A stretch of DNA of 64,000 nt from Gemmatimonadales bacterium. Its GTDB lineage: Bacteria > Gemmatimonadota > Gemmatimonadetes > Gemmatimonadales > GWC2-71-9. Location: the NCBI GenBank assembly GCA_036556025.1, contig DATBKD010000033.1, forward strand, positions 11,756 through 75,755, given 5' to 3'. This document shows, in pieces, positions 48,380 through 58,038 of the stretch (its first letter is position 1; every line of letters starts with the position of its first letter). The notes below the pieces were generated by a model. The model was not told the DNA's origin, did no database searches, and saw only the letters and a program-made list of their open reading frames with translations. Both the position numbers and the translations under genes were made by a program.

Positions 48380-50649
48380 TCAATACCTCCTCGCCGGACT
48401 TGCCTCACGCACTCAACCCCGCGCAGAGGGAAGCGGTGGAGCACGTGCATGGTCCCATGCTGGTATTGGCCGGCGCGGGATCGGGAAAGACTCGCGTTCT
48501 CACCAGCCGAATCGCCACCCTGATCGAGCGCCACGGCGTTCCGCCGCAGCGAATCTTCGCCGTCACCTTCACCAACAAGGCCGCGGGCGAGATGAAGCAG
48601 CGCATCGGACGCCTGCTCCAGCGAGACCCGTCCGGCCTGTGGATCGGGACCTTTCACTCTCTGTCCGCCCGTCTCCTGCGGCGGGAAGCAGAGCTTCTGG
48701 GCTTCAGCCGTCACTTCACTATCTACGACGAAGACGACCGCCTAAGCCTGGTGAAGCGGCTCCAGGAACAGCGCGGCCATTCCACCAAGCTGTTCCCGCC
48801 CAAGGCGGTGCAGGCGCTGATCTCCTCAGCCAAGAATCGGATGGTGCCTCCCGAGCAGTTGGCCTCTGCGGCAGCCTTCGATCGGTTGGCAGAGGTAGCG
48901 GCCGACGTGTACGGCGCCATGGGGCCCGCGCTCAAGGCGGCGAACGCGATGGACTTCGACGATCTCCTGTTGCACCCGCTTACGCTGTTCCGGGAACACC
49001 CTGATCGGCTGCGCGTTTACAGCGAGCGGTTCAGCTTCATTCTGGTCGACGAGTTTCAGGACACCAATCGCGCGCAGTACGAGCTGGTCCGGCTGTTGGG
49101 CGCCCATGGTAACGTGTGCGCGGTGGGCGATGATGATCAGTCCATCTACGGCTGGCGTGGTGCCGACGTGCGCAACATGCAGGCGTTTCTCCAGGATTTT
49201 CCGGGTACCAAGCTCGTCCGGCTGGAGGAGAACTACCGCTCCACCCAGGTCGTTCTCGACGCCGCGAACGGCATCATCGCGGAGAACACTGGCCGGCTGG
49301 GAAAGACCCTGGTGACTCGGCGCCGGGGGGGAGAGCCGGTGACCCTGCTGGCAGCGGCCGACGAGCGCGATGAGGCGGAATGGGTGGTGCGCGAGCTCGA
49401 GCGGCGCCGGGCCGCCGGCGACTGGCAATACGGTGAAATGGCCGTGCTCTACCGCACCAACTCCCAGTCGCGCGCTCTGGAGGAAGCCTTCCGGCGAGCG
49501 GGGGTCAAGTACCGTCTGGTCGGAGCGATCAGCTTCTACGAGCGGCGTGAGGTCAAGGACCTGCTCGCCTACCTTCGGCTGCTGGCCAACCCGGCCGATG
49601 ACGAGGCCTTTCTCCGGGCGATAGCGGTCCCGCGGCGCGGTCTGGGGGAGTCGAGCCTGGCGACCTTGGGGCGAACAGCTACCCAGTGGCATAAGCCACT
49701 GCTGGAGACGGCGCGCATCGCCGACCGGGTGCCGGAGCTCCGGCCGAATGCGCGCGAGGCCCTGAGGAGCTTCGCCCGACTGATCGACGAATTGGCACAA
49801 CCGAGTGGGCAGCTTCCGCCGGCCGAGGTCCTGGAACGGGTCATCGCGGCCATTGACTACGAGGCTGTGCTCCTGGTCGAGGGGACCGAAGGGGTGGACC
49901 GGTGGGAGAACGTTCGCGAGCTGGTGGCGAGCGCGACCACTTGGTCGGAGGAGGTCACCGAGGATCCCGAGTCGGGCACTCCGCTCGAACGGTTCCTGGC
50001 CGAGGCAGCGCTGCTCTCGGCGGTGGACACCGCGGTCGGGCCCGATGAGGGTGTGACCCTGATGACGCTGCACACGGCCAAGGGCCTGGAGTGGCCGGTC
50101 GTGGTTCTGACCGGAATGGAGCACGGACTCTTTCCGTTAGCTCGCGCCGAGGAACAGCCTGACGGCTTGGAAGAAGAGCGACGTCTGTGCTACGTCGGCC
50201 TCACTCGCGCCAAGGACAAACTGTATCTGACCTGGGCCCGAGCCCGCCGTCGCGGGGGTGAGCTGCGGCCGGGCATCGCCTCCCGATTTCTTCGCGCGCT
50301 GCCACCGGATAGCGTGGAGGAGCGGCGGACCACCTCGCTGTGGGCACCGGACTGGGGCGGGAGGGCGGGAGGACGGTATGGCGGCATGGCGGAAGGGCGA
50401 TACGGCGGTAAGAGTGCGCAGTTTCCTGCCTCTGCGTCTTCTGCGTCCGAAATGGAATCCCAGGACGCTCCGAGGTACGTGAAGGGCGAGCGGGTTCGCC
50501 ATCGCCGCTTCGGCAGTGGGACGATTCAGGGACTGACGGGTACCGGGCGCGATCTCAAGGTCTCGGTTGCGTTCGACGATGCCGACGTCGGCGTGAAACA
50601 GCTGCTCGTGGCCTATGCCGGCCTCGAGCGCGAGTGGGAGAGCACATGA
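48376..50649 (+). CDS. uvrD: ATP-dependent DNA helicase UvrD/PcrA (SF1)
   Basis: GTG at 48376 (GTGA overlap with the kinase stop). Contains LNPAQREAV, AGAGSGKTRVLTSRIA, VDEFQDTNRAQY, YRSTQ and TLHTAKGLEWPVV. A C-terminal Tudor-like tail (GERVRHRRFGSGTI). Confidence 0.92.
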   Translation: MINTSSPDLPHALNPAQREAVEHVHGPMLVLAGAGSGKTRVLTSRIATLIERHGVPPQRIFAVTFTNKAAGEMKQRIGRLLQRDPSGLWIGTFHSLSARLLRREAELLGFSRHFTIYDEDDRLSLVKRLQEQRGHSTKLFPPKAVQALISSAKNRMVPPEQLASAAAFDRLAEVAADVYGAMGPALKAANAMDFDDLLLHPLTLFREHPDRLRVYSERFSFILVDEFQDTNRAQYELVRLLGAHGNVCAVGDDDQSIYGWRGADVRNMQAFLQDFPGTKLVRLEENYRSTQVVLDAANGIIAENTGRLGKTLVTRRRGGEPVTLLAAADERDEAEWVVRELERRRAAGDWQYGEMAVLYRTNSQSRALEEAFRRAGVKYRLVGAISFYERREVKDLLAYLRLLANPADDEAFLRAIAVPRRGLGESSLATLGRTATQWHKPLLETARIADRVPELRPNAREALRSFARLIDELAQPSGQLPPAEVLERVIAAIDYEAVLLVEGTEGVDRWENVRELVASATTWSEEVTEDPESGTPLERFLAEAALLSAVDTAVGPDEGVTLMTLHTAKGLEWPVVVLTGMEHGLFPLARAEEQPDGLEEERRLCYVGLTRAKDKLYLTWARARRRGGELRPGIASRFLRALPPDSVEERRTTSLWAPDWGGRAGGRYGGMAEGRYGGKSAQFPASASSASEMESQDAPRYVKGERVRHRRFGSGTIQGLTGTGRDLKVSVAFDDADVGVKQLLVAYAGLEREWEST

Positions 50650-50945
50650 GTATCGGTCGCGACGAGGTTCTTCACGTCGCCAAACTGGCCGAGCTGGCGG
50701 TGCGCGAGGACGAACTTAACCGTCTGGTCGATCAGCTGAATCGCATCGTGGACTATGTCGCCCAGCTGGATCAGGTGCCGGGTGACCGCATTGCCGAAGC
50801 CTTCATTCCCGGTCCTCAGGCGGTGCCGCTGCGCGAGGACGTCATCGCGCCGGTCCCCCTGTCACGACCGCCCGCCGCTATCGCGCCGGAGTTCGTGGAT
50901 GGCTTCTTTCTGGTGCCGAGACACACCGCCATGGAGGATCAGTGA
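50646..50945 (+). CDS. gatC: Asp/Glu-tRNA amidotransferase subunit C
   Basis: VLHVAKLAELAVREDELNRLVDQLNRIVDYVAQLDQV. ATGA overlap with the uvrD stop. Confidence 0.9.
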   Translation: MSIGRDEVLHVAKLAELAVREDELNRLVDQLNRIVDYVAQLDQVPGDRIAEAFIPGPQAVPLREDVIAPVPLSRPPAAIAPEFVDGFFLVPRHTAMEDQ

Positions 50946-52333
50946 GCACGGCAGCGGTGGCGCGCGACACCGGAGCACGGCTTGCCGAGGCAGATGCCCA
51001 CGGCCTGAATGCGACGCTTCACTGGTCACAGGCGTGCCTCGACGCCGAGGCCAGCCGGGTCGACCGGATGGCGGCGCCGGGACCGTTGGCGGGCATGGCC
51101 ATTGCGGTCAAAGACAACATCGTCACCGTTGAGCAGCCTACCACCTGCGGGTCGCGAATTCTGGCGGGCTATCTCTCGCCGTACAATGCGACGGCCATTG
51201 ATCGGCTCCGGGCTGCGGGGGCGCTCGTCGCCTGCAAGGCCAACATGGACGAGTTTGCGATGGGCTCCTCCACCGAGCACTCCGCCTATGGCCGGGTCAA
51301 ACATCCGCTCGACCCCGACCGGGTGCCTGGGGGCTCTTCCGGCGGCTCAGCCGCCTTGGTCGCCGCCGGAGTTGTCCCTGTGGCGCTGGGGTCCGAAACC
51401 GGTGGATCGGTCCGTCAGCCTGCCAGCTTCTGCGGCATCGTCGGAGTCAAGCCGAGCTATGGACGGGTGAGCCGATATGGCCTGGTGGCCTTCGGCTCGT
51501 CCCTCGACTGCATCTCGGCCTTCGGAAAAACCGTGAAGGATGCCTCGCGGGTGCTGAGCGTGATGAGTGGTCCGGATCCCCTGGATGCAACCACGGTGAA
51601 TCGTCCGCCCATGGCCGTGCCTGCGCCGCTGGCCAGTCTCAAGGGTCTGCGCGTGGGCCTGCCCCGCGAATACTTTCCTCCCGACCTTCACCCCGGAGTG
51701 GCCGCAGGTCTTCGTCGCACTATCGATGCCGTGCGCCAGTTGGGTGGTGACGTGTGTGAGGTCTCCCTTCCTAACTCGGCCTACGCAGTCCCGACCTATT
51801 ACATCGTGGCTCCGGCGGAGGCGGCAGCCAACCTCGCCCGCTACGACGGCGTGAGGTACGGCCCGCGGAAGGTGGGCCCCGGCGGCGATATCCGGGCCCT
51901 GTACCAGGCAACTCGAGGCGAAGGTTTCGGGGCCGAGGTGCGTCGGCGCATCCTGGTCGGCACTTACGTGCTGAGCGCTGGCTACTATGACGCCTACTAT
52001 AGGAAGGCGCAGCGGGTACGGGCGCTTATCGCCGACGATTTTCGCCGCGCCTTCGCGGGCGGCGTAGATCTGCTTCTCACGCCGACCACCCCGACCCCCG
52101 CCTTCCGTGCCGGCGAGAAGACCGAAGATCCGGTCGCCATGTACCTGGCAGACATCTTTGTCTGTGCCATCAGTCTGGCCGGTCTTCCCGCACTCAGCCT
52201 GCCGGTCGGACGGACGGACGGCCTGCCCATTGGCGCTCAGCTCATCGCTCCGTACTTCGAGGAGGAGCGCATGCTGGCGGCCGCCGCCGCGCTCGAGGGC
52301 GTGATTGCTGCCGGGTCGGAGGTGGAGCGATGA
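50942..52333 (+). CDS. gatA: Asp/Glu-tRNA amidotransferase subunit A
   Basis: Amidase signature GGSSGGSAALVAAG, plus KDNI and GSETGGSVRQPASFCGIVG. Confidence 0.95.
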   Translation: MSTAAVARDTGARLAEADAHGLNATLHWSQACLDAEASRVDRMAAPGPLAGMAIAVKDNIVTVEQPTTCGSRILAGYLSPYNATAIDRLRAAGALVACKANMDEFAMGSSTEHSAYGRVKHPLDPDRVPGGSSGGSAALVAAGVVPVALGSETGGSVRQPASFCGIVGVKPSYGRVSRYGLVAFGSSLDCISAFGKTVKDASRVLSVMSGPDPLDATTVNRPPMAVPAPLASLKGLRVGLPREYFPPDLHPGVAAGLRRTIDAVRQLGGDVCEVSLPNSAYAVPTYYIVAPAEAAANLARYDGVRYGPRKVGPGGDIRALYQATRGEGFGAEVRRRILVGTYVLSAGYYDAYYRKAQRVRALIADDFRRAFAGGVDLLLTPTTPTPAFRAGEKTEDPVAMYLADIFVCAISLAGLPALSLPVGRTDGLPIGAQLIAPYFEEERMLAAAAALEGVIAAGSEVER

Positions 52334-53757
52334 GCTGGGAGACCGTGATCGGCCTCGAAGTTCATGTCCAGCTGCGTACTCGGTCCAAAATGTTTTGCGG
52401 CTGCGCCACCAGCTTCGGCGATCCGCCCAACACCAACGTGTGCCCGGTCTGTCTGGGGCTGCCCGGCGCGCTTCCGATCCCCAATGCCGAGGCCGTGCGT
52501 CTGGCGGCGCGTGCGGCCCTTGCGCTGGGATGCACGGTTCACGAGACCAGTGTTTTCGCTCGAAAGAATTACTTCTATCCGGACTTGCCGAAGGGCTACC
52601 AGATTTCTCAGTACGACCAGCCGCTCTCCACTCGCGGGCGGATGACGTTCGACTCGGTAGAGCGAGGTCGAGTCGAGGTCGGCATCACCAGGCTGCATCT
52701 CGAGGAGGATGCGGGCAAGCTGCTGCACGACCGCTTTCCCGGGAAGACCGCGGTCGATTTGAACCGGGCGGGCATTCCCTTGGCCGAAATCGTGAGCGAT
52801 CCCGACCTCCGCTCCCCGGCCGAAGCCCGGGCCTACCTCACGACCCTCCGCCAGATCCTAGTCTATGCGGGGGTCAGTGACTGCAGCATGGAGCAGGGCA
52901 GTCTTCGGGTGGACGCCAACATCTCCATCCGATCGGTCGGCGAGCCGGCACTCGGCACCAAGACCGAGGTCAAGAACATGAACTCTTTCGCCAACGTCGA
53001 GCACGCGCTGGAGGCGGAGCGAGCCCGCCAGATCGCATTGGTGGAGTCGGGGCAGAAGGTCGAGCAGGTCACGCTGCTGTTCAACGCGGGATCCGGTCAG
53101 GTGAAGCCGACCAGGTCAAAGGAAGAGAGCCACGACTACCGCTACTTCCCGGATCCCGATCTGCCTCCGCTGGTCCTGACCATCCCCTGGATTGCGGAGC
53201 AGCGCACGGCCCTCCCCGAATTGCCCGATGTTCGTCGCTCTCGCCTGGAGCTCGCCCTCGGGCTCTCGGCGTATGACGCTCGAGTGCTCACCAGTGAGCC
53301 CACCCTCGCCGACTACTATGAAGCGGTGGTCGCTGAAGGGGTGGATGCAAAAACGGCGGCGAATTGGGTTATGGGTGACGTGATGACCCAGTTCAACGAG
53401 ACCGGCTCGTTTCCGGTGTCCGCCGCGAAGTTGGGTGATCTGATCGGATTAGTGCGCGCCGGCACGGTCAGCCATCAGGCCGCCAAGCGGGTTCTTGCGG
53501 AGATGGCCTCGAGGCCGGGTGAGGGCGCCGAGGCGGTCGCTCGCCGGTTGGGTCTGGTCCAGGTCAGTGACCAGGGCGCCTTGGGCGAATGGGTATCGGA
53601 GGTCCTGGCAGCTCACCCTGCCGAGGTCGCCCGATTCCGTGGAGGCGAGACCAAGCTGATGGGCTTCTTCGTGGGGCAGGTCATGAAGCGAAGCCAGGGC
53701 AAGGCCGATCCCAAGGGGGTGCAGCCGGTCCTGACCGAGAAACTGCGTGAAGAGTGA
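52330..53757 (+). CDS. gatB: Asp/Glu-tRNA amidotransferase subunit B
   Basis: WETVIGLEVHVQL, FCGC, CPVCLGLPGALP, NYFYPDLPKGYQISQ and NRAGIPLAEIVS. Confidence 0.95.
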   Translation: MSWETVIGLEVHVQLRTRSKMFCGCATSFGDPPNTNVCPVCLGLPGALPIPNAEAVRLAARAALALGCTVHETSVFARKNYFYPDLPKGYQISQYDQPLSTRGRMTFDSVERGRVEVGITRLHLEEDAGKLLHDRFPGKTAVDLNRAGIPLAEIVSDPDLRSPAEARAYLTTLRQILVYAGVSDCSMEQGSLRVDANISIRSVGEPALGTKTEVKNMNSFANVEHALEAERARQIALVESGQKVEQVTLLFNAGSGQVKPTRSKEESHDYRYFPDPDLPPLVLTIPWIAEQRTALPELPDVRRSRLELALGLSAYDARVLTSEPTLADYYEAVVAEGVDAKTAANWVMGDVMTQFNETGSFPVSAAKLGDLIGLVRAGTVSHQAAKRVLAEMASRPGEGAEAVARRLGLVQVSDQGALGEWVSEVLAAHPAEVARFRGGETKLMGFFVGQVMKRSQGKADPKGVQPVLTEKLREE

Positions 53758-53784
53758 AGGGGTAGGGTGCCGTGGCCCCTTCAC
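53754..53784. terminator. Hairpin between convergent gatB and M23 genes (possible bidirectional terminator)
   Basis: GTGAAGGGG-13 nt-CCCCTTCAC, starting inside the gatB stop codon. It is followed by a T/C-rich tandem repeat. Confidence 0.5.
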
Positions 53785-53801
53785 CTTTCACTCTTCACCT
53801 T

Positions 53802-54707
53802 TCACTGCAGTTGGAGCAGGCTCATCGGATCGACCGTAATCCCGCCATATCGCGCAATCCAATGAAGGTGCGGACCGGTCACCCGGCCGCTGCGACCGAC
53901 CCGACCGATCGCCTGACCCGCCCGAACCGTGTCGCCCACGGCCACATTCACTCGGCTCAAGTGGAAATAACCGGTGACCAGGCCGCCGCCGTGGTCGATA
54001 TAGACCGCGTGACCGGCGAGATAGAAGTTCCCCACCAGCGCTACCACGCCGCGGGCCGAGGCGGTCACCGGCTGTCCCACGGCTCCGGCGAAGTCGGTGC
54101 CCAGATGACGGCTGGTGATCTCGCCGTTGTACTCTCGCGTGGTTCCATAGGAGCTGGTAATTCGGCTCGGCCGAGGCAGGCGGAAGCGCCCCTGCCACAG
54201 CCGTGGGGTCTGGTGCGAGTGTTGGGAGATTTCCCGGGCCCGCGCAATTTCGGAATCGATGCGAGCCTGAGCCGCGCTATCCGGAGCGATCATGGCTGGT
54301 GCCACGGTCAGCCGCTCGTTCCGAAACACCGGGCTCCGGACCACCAACCCCACGATCGTAGTGTCGACCCGGCCGCGCCGCTCGACCCGCAGCCATACCG
54401 GCAAGGTGTCCCCGCCCCCGCCCTCGAGTGGGACGCCGAGCAAGGTCTCGAACGAGCCGCCCGCCCGGCGGGTAAAGTGCAGCGGCTCGCCCCCGGCCTC
54501 TCCATTGATGCCAATCGGTGCATCCTCCGGCATGCGTCCGGTCACCGGCCGCACGATCAAGCGGGCCACGGTGCCGCGGAAGGGCAGTGATGGAATCGGC
54601 CGGACAGACAGGCTCAAGGCGGGACTTCGGGCCGGGGGCGCGCTCCCGCGCCATCCGAGCACCGAGAGCAGAGCGGCCAAGCACCACGCGCCACGTGCCC
54701 AGCTCAC
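53802..54707 (-). CDS. M23-family (LytM-type) metallopeptidase
   Basis: HLGTDFAG...GHAVYIDHGGGLVTGYFHLS...GRSGRVTGPHLHW (HxxxD and HxH motifs). N-terminal signal. Confidence 0.9.
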   Translation of the reverse strand: MSWARGAWCLAALLSVLGWRGSAPPARSPALSLSVRPIPSLPFRGTVARLIVRPVTGRMPEDAPIGINGEAGGEPLHFTRRAGGSFETLLGVPLEGGGGDTLPVWLRVERRGRVDTTIVGLVVRSPVFRNERLTVAPAMIAPDSAAQARIDSEIARAREISQHSHQTPRLWQGRFRLPRPSRITSSYGTTREYNGEITSRHLGTDFAGAVGQPVTASARGVVALVGNFYLAGHAVYIDHGGGLVTGYFHLSRVNVAVGDTVRAGQAIGRVGRSGRVTGPHLHWIARYGGITVDPMSLLQLQ

Positions 54708-55153
54708 CGCAGGAGCTGGCGAATCAGAGCCTCCTGATCGGGGTACTCGGCAAGCAGAGTCTCGAGCGTTCCGACCTCGAAATCCTCGAATTCGAATCCG
54801 GGGGCGACAGTGCAGCCGCAGAGGGTAGCTCCTCCATCAGGCAGGGCAGCCTGCCAGACACCAGTCGGCACGACAGCTTGGGGCGAGCGGCGATCCAATC
54901 GCGCAGGTTCCATGCCCAGCCGGAAGAGTTGCAGTGGGGCGCCCTCGTAGTGGTGCCAGACCTCATCGGCCTGTACCCGATGCCACGTGCTCCAGGCGCC
55001 ATGCGGCAGCAGGTAGTAAATCGCGGTGGAAGCGCTGCGCTCCCGCCCGTCCGGAAGGCGGACCTTCTGAGCGCTGCGAAATGATTCCCGGTAGAAACCA
55101 CCCTCGGGGTGGGGCGCCAGGTGCAACCGGCGAACGGTCTCGGCGGCATCCAT
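54704..55153 (-). CDS. Cupin-superfamily protein (DUF985)
   Basis: LHLAPHPEGGFYRESFRS...YYLL...WHRV..DEVWHYYEG. Confidence 0.75.
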   Translation of the reverse strand: MDAAETVRRLHLAPHPEGGFYRESFRSAQKVRLPDGRERSASTAIYYLLPHGAWSTWHRVQADEVWHHYEGAPLQLFRLGMEPARLDRRSPQAVVPTGVWQAALPDGGATLCGCTVAPGFEFEDFEVGTLETLLAEYPDQEALIRQLLR

Positions 55154-55168
55154 AGCGGAAACGCGAAG

Positions 55169-56137
55169 TCAGCGCTCGCCGCTCACCAGCGCGCGGGGAG
55201 AGGGGGCCGAGCCCTCCGGCGCGCCCCAGGGAAGTTTCTGAGGCACTCGCTCCCAGTGCGCCAGGGGAATTTCCGGAAGGCCGAAGTGCTCCAGCGCGGC
55301 GTCCTGCAAGAGACCCACGTTGCGCCGGCCGACCTCCTTCAGAACCCGGCGGCGCAGCTGCTTGGCGATCTTGAGCGGCCGTTCACCGGAAGGGTCCAGC
55401 CGGAGCGCGCCTGAATCCGAGCCTCCCAGCAGGTCCATCATGAAATCGAAGGACAGTCCCAGGTGGCGATCCACGTCCTGATCGGCCAGGGGCCAGCGGC
55501 TGTATTCCCGGACGACCCGCGTCGCCCGTTGCCAGCTGTTGGTCTCGGTGAGATGTACCATGCCGCGAAAAAGACGGCGGTTGGTCCGCACGCTGAAAAT
55601 CGTCGGGGCAATGATCCGGTCCAGATGGGCGTCCGCTTCGCCGTGGTCGACCAGAATGACGTCCTTCGCCGCCTTGGAGTACGCATCGCCTAGGTGAGAC
55701 TCTACCCGCGCCTCCCAATACGAGTGCCCGACGGCTGCGGTGCTGCTGGTGAGCATGAGCTGGCGGGGAACGAAATAGTTGTGCGCCACTGTATCGGCGG
55801 AGAGGTGGCAGAGATAGCCCAGACCGAAGGCGCGGAGCCCTTCCGAATCCGCCAGGTCGTGAATCTCCTGACCCACATGCCAGTAGTGGCAATGCCGGCC
55901 GAGTGGAGCGTAATGCTTGGCGATGGAAGAATCCGCTGCGATGTTGCCGTAGAGAAAGTCGAACGGGTAGGCCCGCAGCAGGTCGGCCACCGCGGCGGGC
56001 AGATATTGCAGGTTGGCGAGAATGGATTCCCCGAGATAGATGTGGGTGCCCGGGGTCCAGGCGTGCGCCGGTTCCGGAAACGCGAGGAGCACGAGCCCCA
56101 CGCCAAGGACCGCGAGCGTGAGGCGAGCCAGGCGCAT
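55169..56137 (-). CDS. Zinc-dependent phospholipase C-like family protein
   Basis: Signal peptide, then AHAWTPGTHIYLGE...YGNIAADS...LCHLSADTVAHN. Confidence 0.7.
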   Translation of the reverse strand: MRLARLTLAVLGVGLVLLAFPEPAHAWTPGTHIYLGESILANLQYLPAAVADLLRAYPFDFLYGNIAADSSIAKHYAPLGRHCHYWHVGQEIHDLADSEGLRAFGLGYLCHLSADTVAHNYFVPRQLMLTSSTAAVGHSYWEARVESHLGDAYSKAAKDVILVDHGEADAHLDRIIAPTIFSVRTNRRLFRGMVHLTETNSWQRATRVVREYSRWPLADQDVDRHLGLSFDFMMDLLGGSDSGALRLDPSGERPLKIAKQLRRRVLKEVGRRNVGLLQDAALEHFGLPEIPLAHWERVPQKLPWGAPEGSAPSPRALVSGER

Positions 56138-56616
56138 CAGCGTCCCGGCACCAAAAGCCGTCGGACTCGCCCCAGCATCCCGTTACCTCGTCGAGCCGAA
56201 CGGAGGGCGGCCGCTACATCCAATGCGGTGTCCTCGACCTCATCGTGCACCAGGTCGTAGAGCGTCTCCAGGTCGGAGAGCTTCCCCTCGACCCGATCGA
56301 CCCCCTTGATGACCTTGCGACGCAGGCGGCGACTGGTCTGGGCGAACGCGCCGACCTCGTTGCGAACCACCACCATGAGGTCCTGTCCTTGCTCGATCAG
56401 ACGCCTCACCGAGGTGACCCCCTCGGTCACGTCGTCCTGAAGCCCTTCGACCACGGATCCCATCTTCTTGACCTGACCGGACAGACGCAGAACCGCGATC
56501 CCCAACGCGACAGCCGCGCCGAGAACCGAAAGCGCGATTACCGCGAGCGAAATCGCCATGGTCGGGCCAACCCACTCGGGCGAGGCCGCCACCTGAACGA
56601 GCGCGAGCGTCATCAT
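56137..56616 (-). CDS. DUF948-like membrane-anchored coiled-coil protein
   Basis: This is the C-terminal 159 codons of ORF 56137..57831; the rest of that ORF is antisense to murA. ATGATG start at 56616 with GAGGTGG upstream. One TM helix, then a helical region. The TGA overlaps the downstream ATG by 1 nt. Confidence 0.6.
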   Translation of the reverse strand: MMTLALVQVAASPEWVGPTMAISLAVIALSVLGAAVALGIAVLRLSGQVKKMGSVVEGLQDDVTEGVTSVRRLIEQGQDLMVVVRNEVGAFAQTSRRLRRKVIKGVDRVEGKLSDLETLYDLVHDEVEDTALDVAAALRSARRGNGMLGRVRRLLVPGR

Positions 56617-56754
56617 GTCTTGGCCACCTCTCTGCTGGCTTTTCGGAGCCGTCCGACGATGTCGATCTCTTGCGTTAAAAACAAAGGGGTCGCAGACACA
56701 TCGCAACCCCCTTGCTCCGCTTGACTCGAATCCAGGACATGGGCAGCTTTGGCC

Positions 56755-58038
56755 ATGCCTCCTCGTTTTCTCGTCCGCGGTGGGCGTCCACTGCGCGGAA
56801 CCGTACATCCAGCCGGCAACAAGAACGCCGCTCTTCCGATCCTCGCCGCGAGCGTGCTCGCCGATGGGGCGATGGAGCTGGAAAACATCCCTCGGATCCG
56901 GGATGTCGAAACCATGCTCGCGCTGCTGGTCGATCTTGGTGCGCATGCCGAGTGGACCGGCCCCAATGCGGTTCGACTGGACACCGGCGGACTCAAGCCC
57001 AAAGCGCTCGATCCGATTCTGTGCGCCCGGATCCGCGCGTCCATTCTCCTCGCGGGTCCGTTGCTGGCGCGGTTCGGCGTGGTGACCCTGCCGCCACCCG
57101 GCGGCGATGTGATTGGACGCCGCAGAGTCGATACCCATTTCCTGGCGCTGGAACAGCTCGGCGCATCGGTGATGGTGGGCGATCGGTACGAGCTCGAGGC
57201 CAAGTCCCTGGTCGGCAGTGACATCTTCCTCGACGAGCCGAGCGTCACCGGGACCGAGAACGCCCTCATGGCCGCGGTGATGGCCAAGGGTCGAACGGTG
57301 CTGCGCAATGCCGCGTGCGAGCCCCACGTGCAGGACCTGGCGCGAGTCCTGGTCGCCATGGGCGCCCAAATCGAGGGGATTGGTTCCAACATTTATATCA
57401 TCGATGGCGGCCGTCCCCTCAAAGGGGCCAACTACGCGATCGGACCCGACCACATCGAAATCGGCAGCTTCATTGGGCTCGCCGCCGTGACCCACGGCGA
57501 GATCGTCATCGATCCGGTCCGGCCCGAGGACCTCCGCAGTACCCTCCTCGGCTTCGAACGCCTGGGCATCCGGGCCCGGGCGGATGGCAGTCGACTCACC
57601 ATCAGCCATGACCAGGAACGGCGCATCCGCCCGGATCTCGGCGGGCATGTACCGAAGCTGGAGGATGGGCCCTGGCCCGCGTTCCCGGCCGACGTGATGT
57701 CCACCACCATCGTGACCGCCACTCAGTGCTCCGGCATGCTGCTGGTGTTCGAGAAGATGTTCGAGTCCCGTCTCTTCTTCGTGGACAAGCTCATCGGCAT
57801 GGGCGCCCGGATCGTCCTGTGCGACCCCCATCGAGCGGTCATCTCCGGCCCCTCACCCCTCAAGGGAGGCATCGTCGAATCGCCCGATATCCGCGCAGGG
57901 ATGGCGATGCTGCTCGCCGCCCTCGCTGCCGAAGGGCCGAGCACCATCCACAATGTCGGCCAGATCGAGCGGGGATACGAGCGGATCGATGAGCGCCTCC
58001 GTCAGCTCGGTGCCGACATCCAGCGGGCGGATGACTGA
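56755..58038 (+). CDS. murA: UDP-N-acetylglucosamine 1-carboxyvinyltransferase
   Basis: FLVRGGRPLRGTVHPAGNKNAALPILAA... The track start is a TTG at 56749; the ATG at 56755 is preferred. Confidence 0.93.
   Translation: MPPRFLVRGGRPLRGTVHPAGNKNAALPILAASVLADGAMELENIPRIRDVETMLALLVDLGAHAEWTGPNAVRLDTGGLKPKALDPILCARIRASILLAGPLLARFGVVTLPPPGGDVIGRRRVDTHFLALEQLGASVMVGDRYELEAKSLVGSDIFLDEPSVTGTENALMAAVMAKGRTVLRNAACEPHVQDLARVLVAMGAQIEGIGSNIYIIDGGRPLKGANYAIGPDHIEIGSFIGLAAVTHGEIVIDPVRPEDLRSTLLGFERLGIRARADGSRLTISHDQERRIRPDLGGHVPKLEDGPWPAFPADVMSTTIVTATQCSGMLLVFEKMFESRLFFVDKLIGMGARIVLCDPHRAVISGPSPLKGGIVESPDIRAGMAMLLAALAAEGPSTIHNVGQIERGYERIDERLRQLGADIQRADD

Noticed and set aside
56617-57831. N-terminal ~400 codons of the 564-aa minus-strand ORF 56137..57831
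   Set aside because: This part is antisense to murA. Only the last 159 codons (56137-56616) look like a real gene: they have an ATGATG start with an upstream GAGGTGG, a TM helix and a DUF948-like coiled coil.
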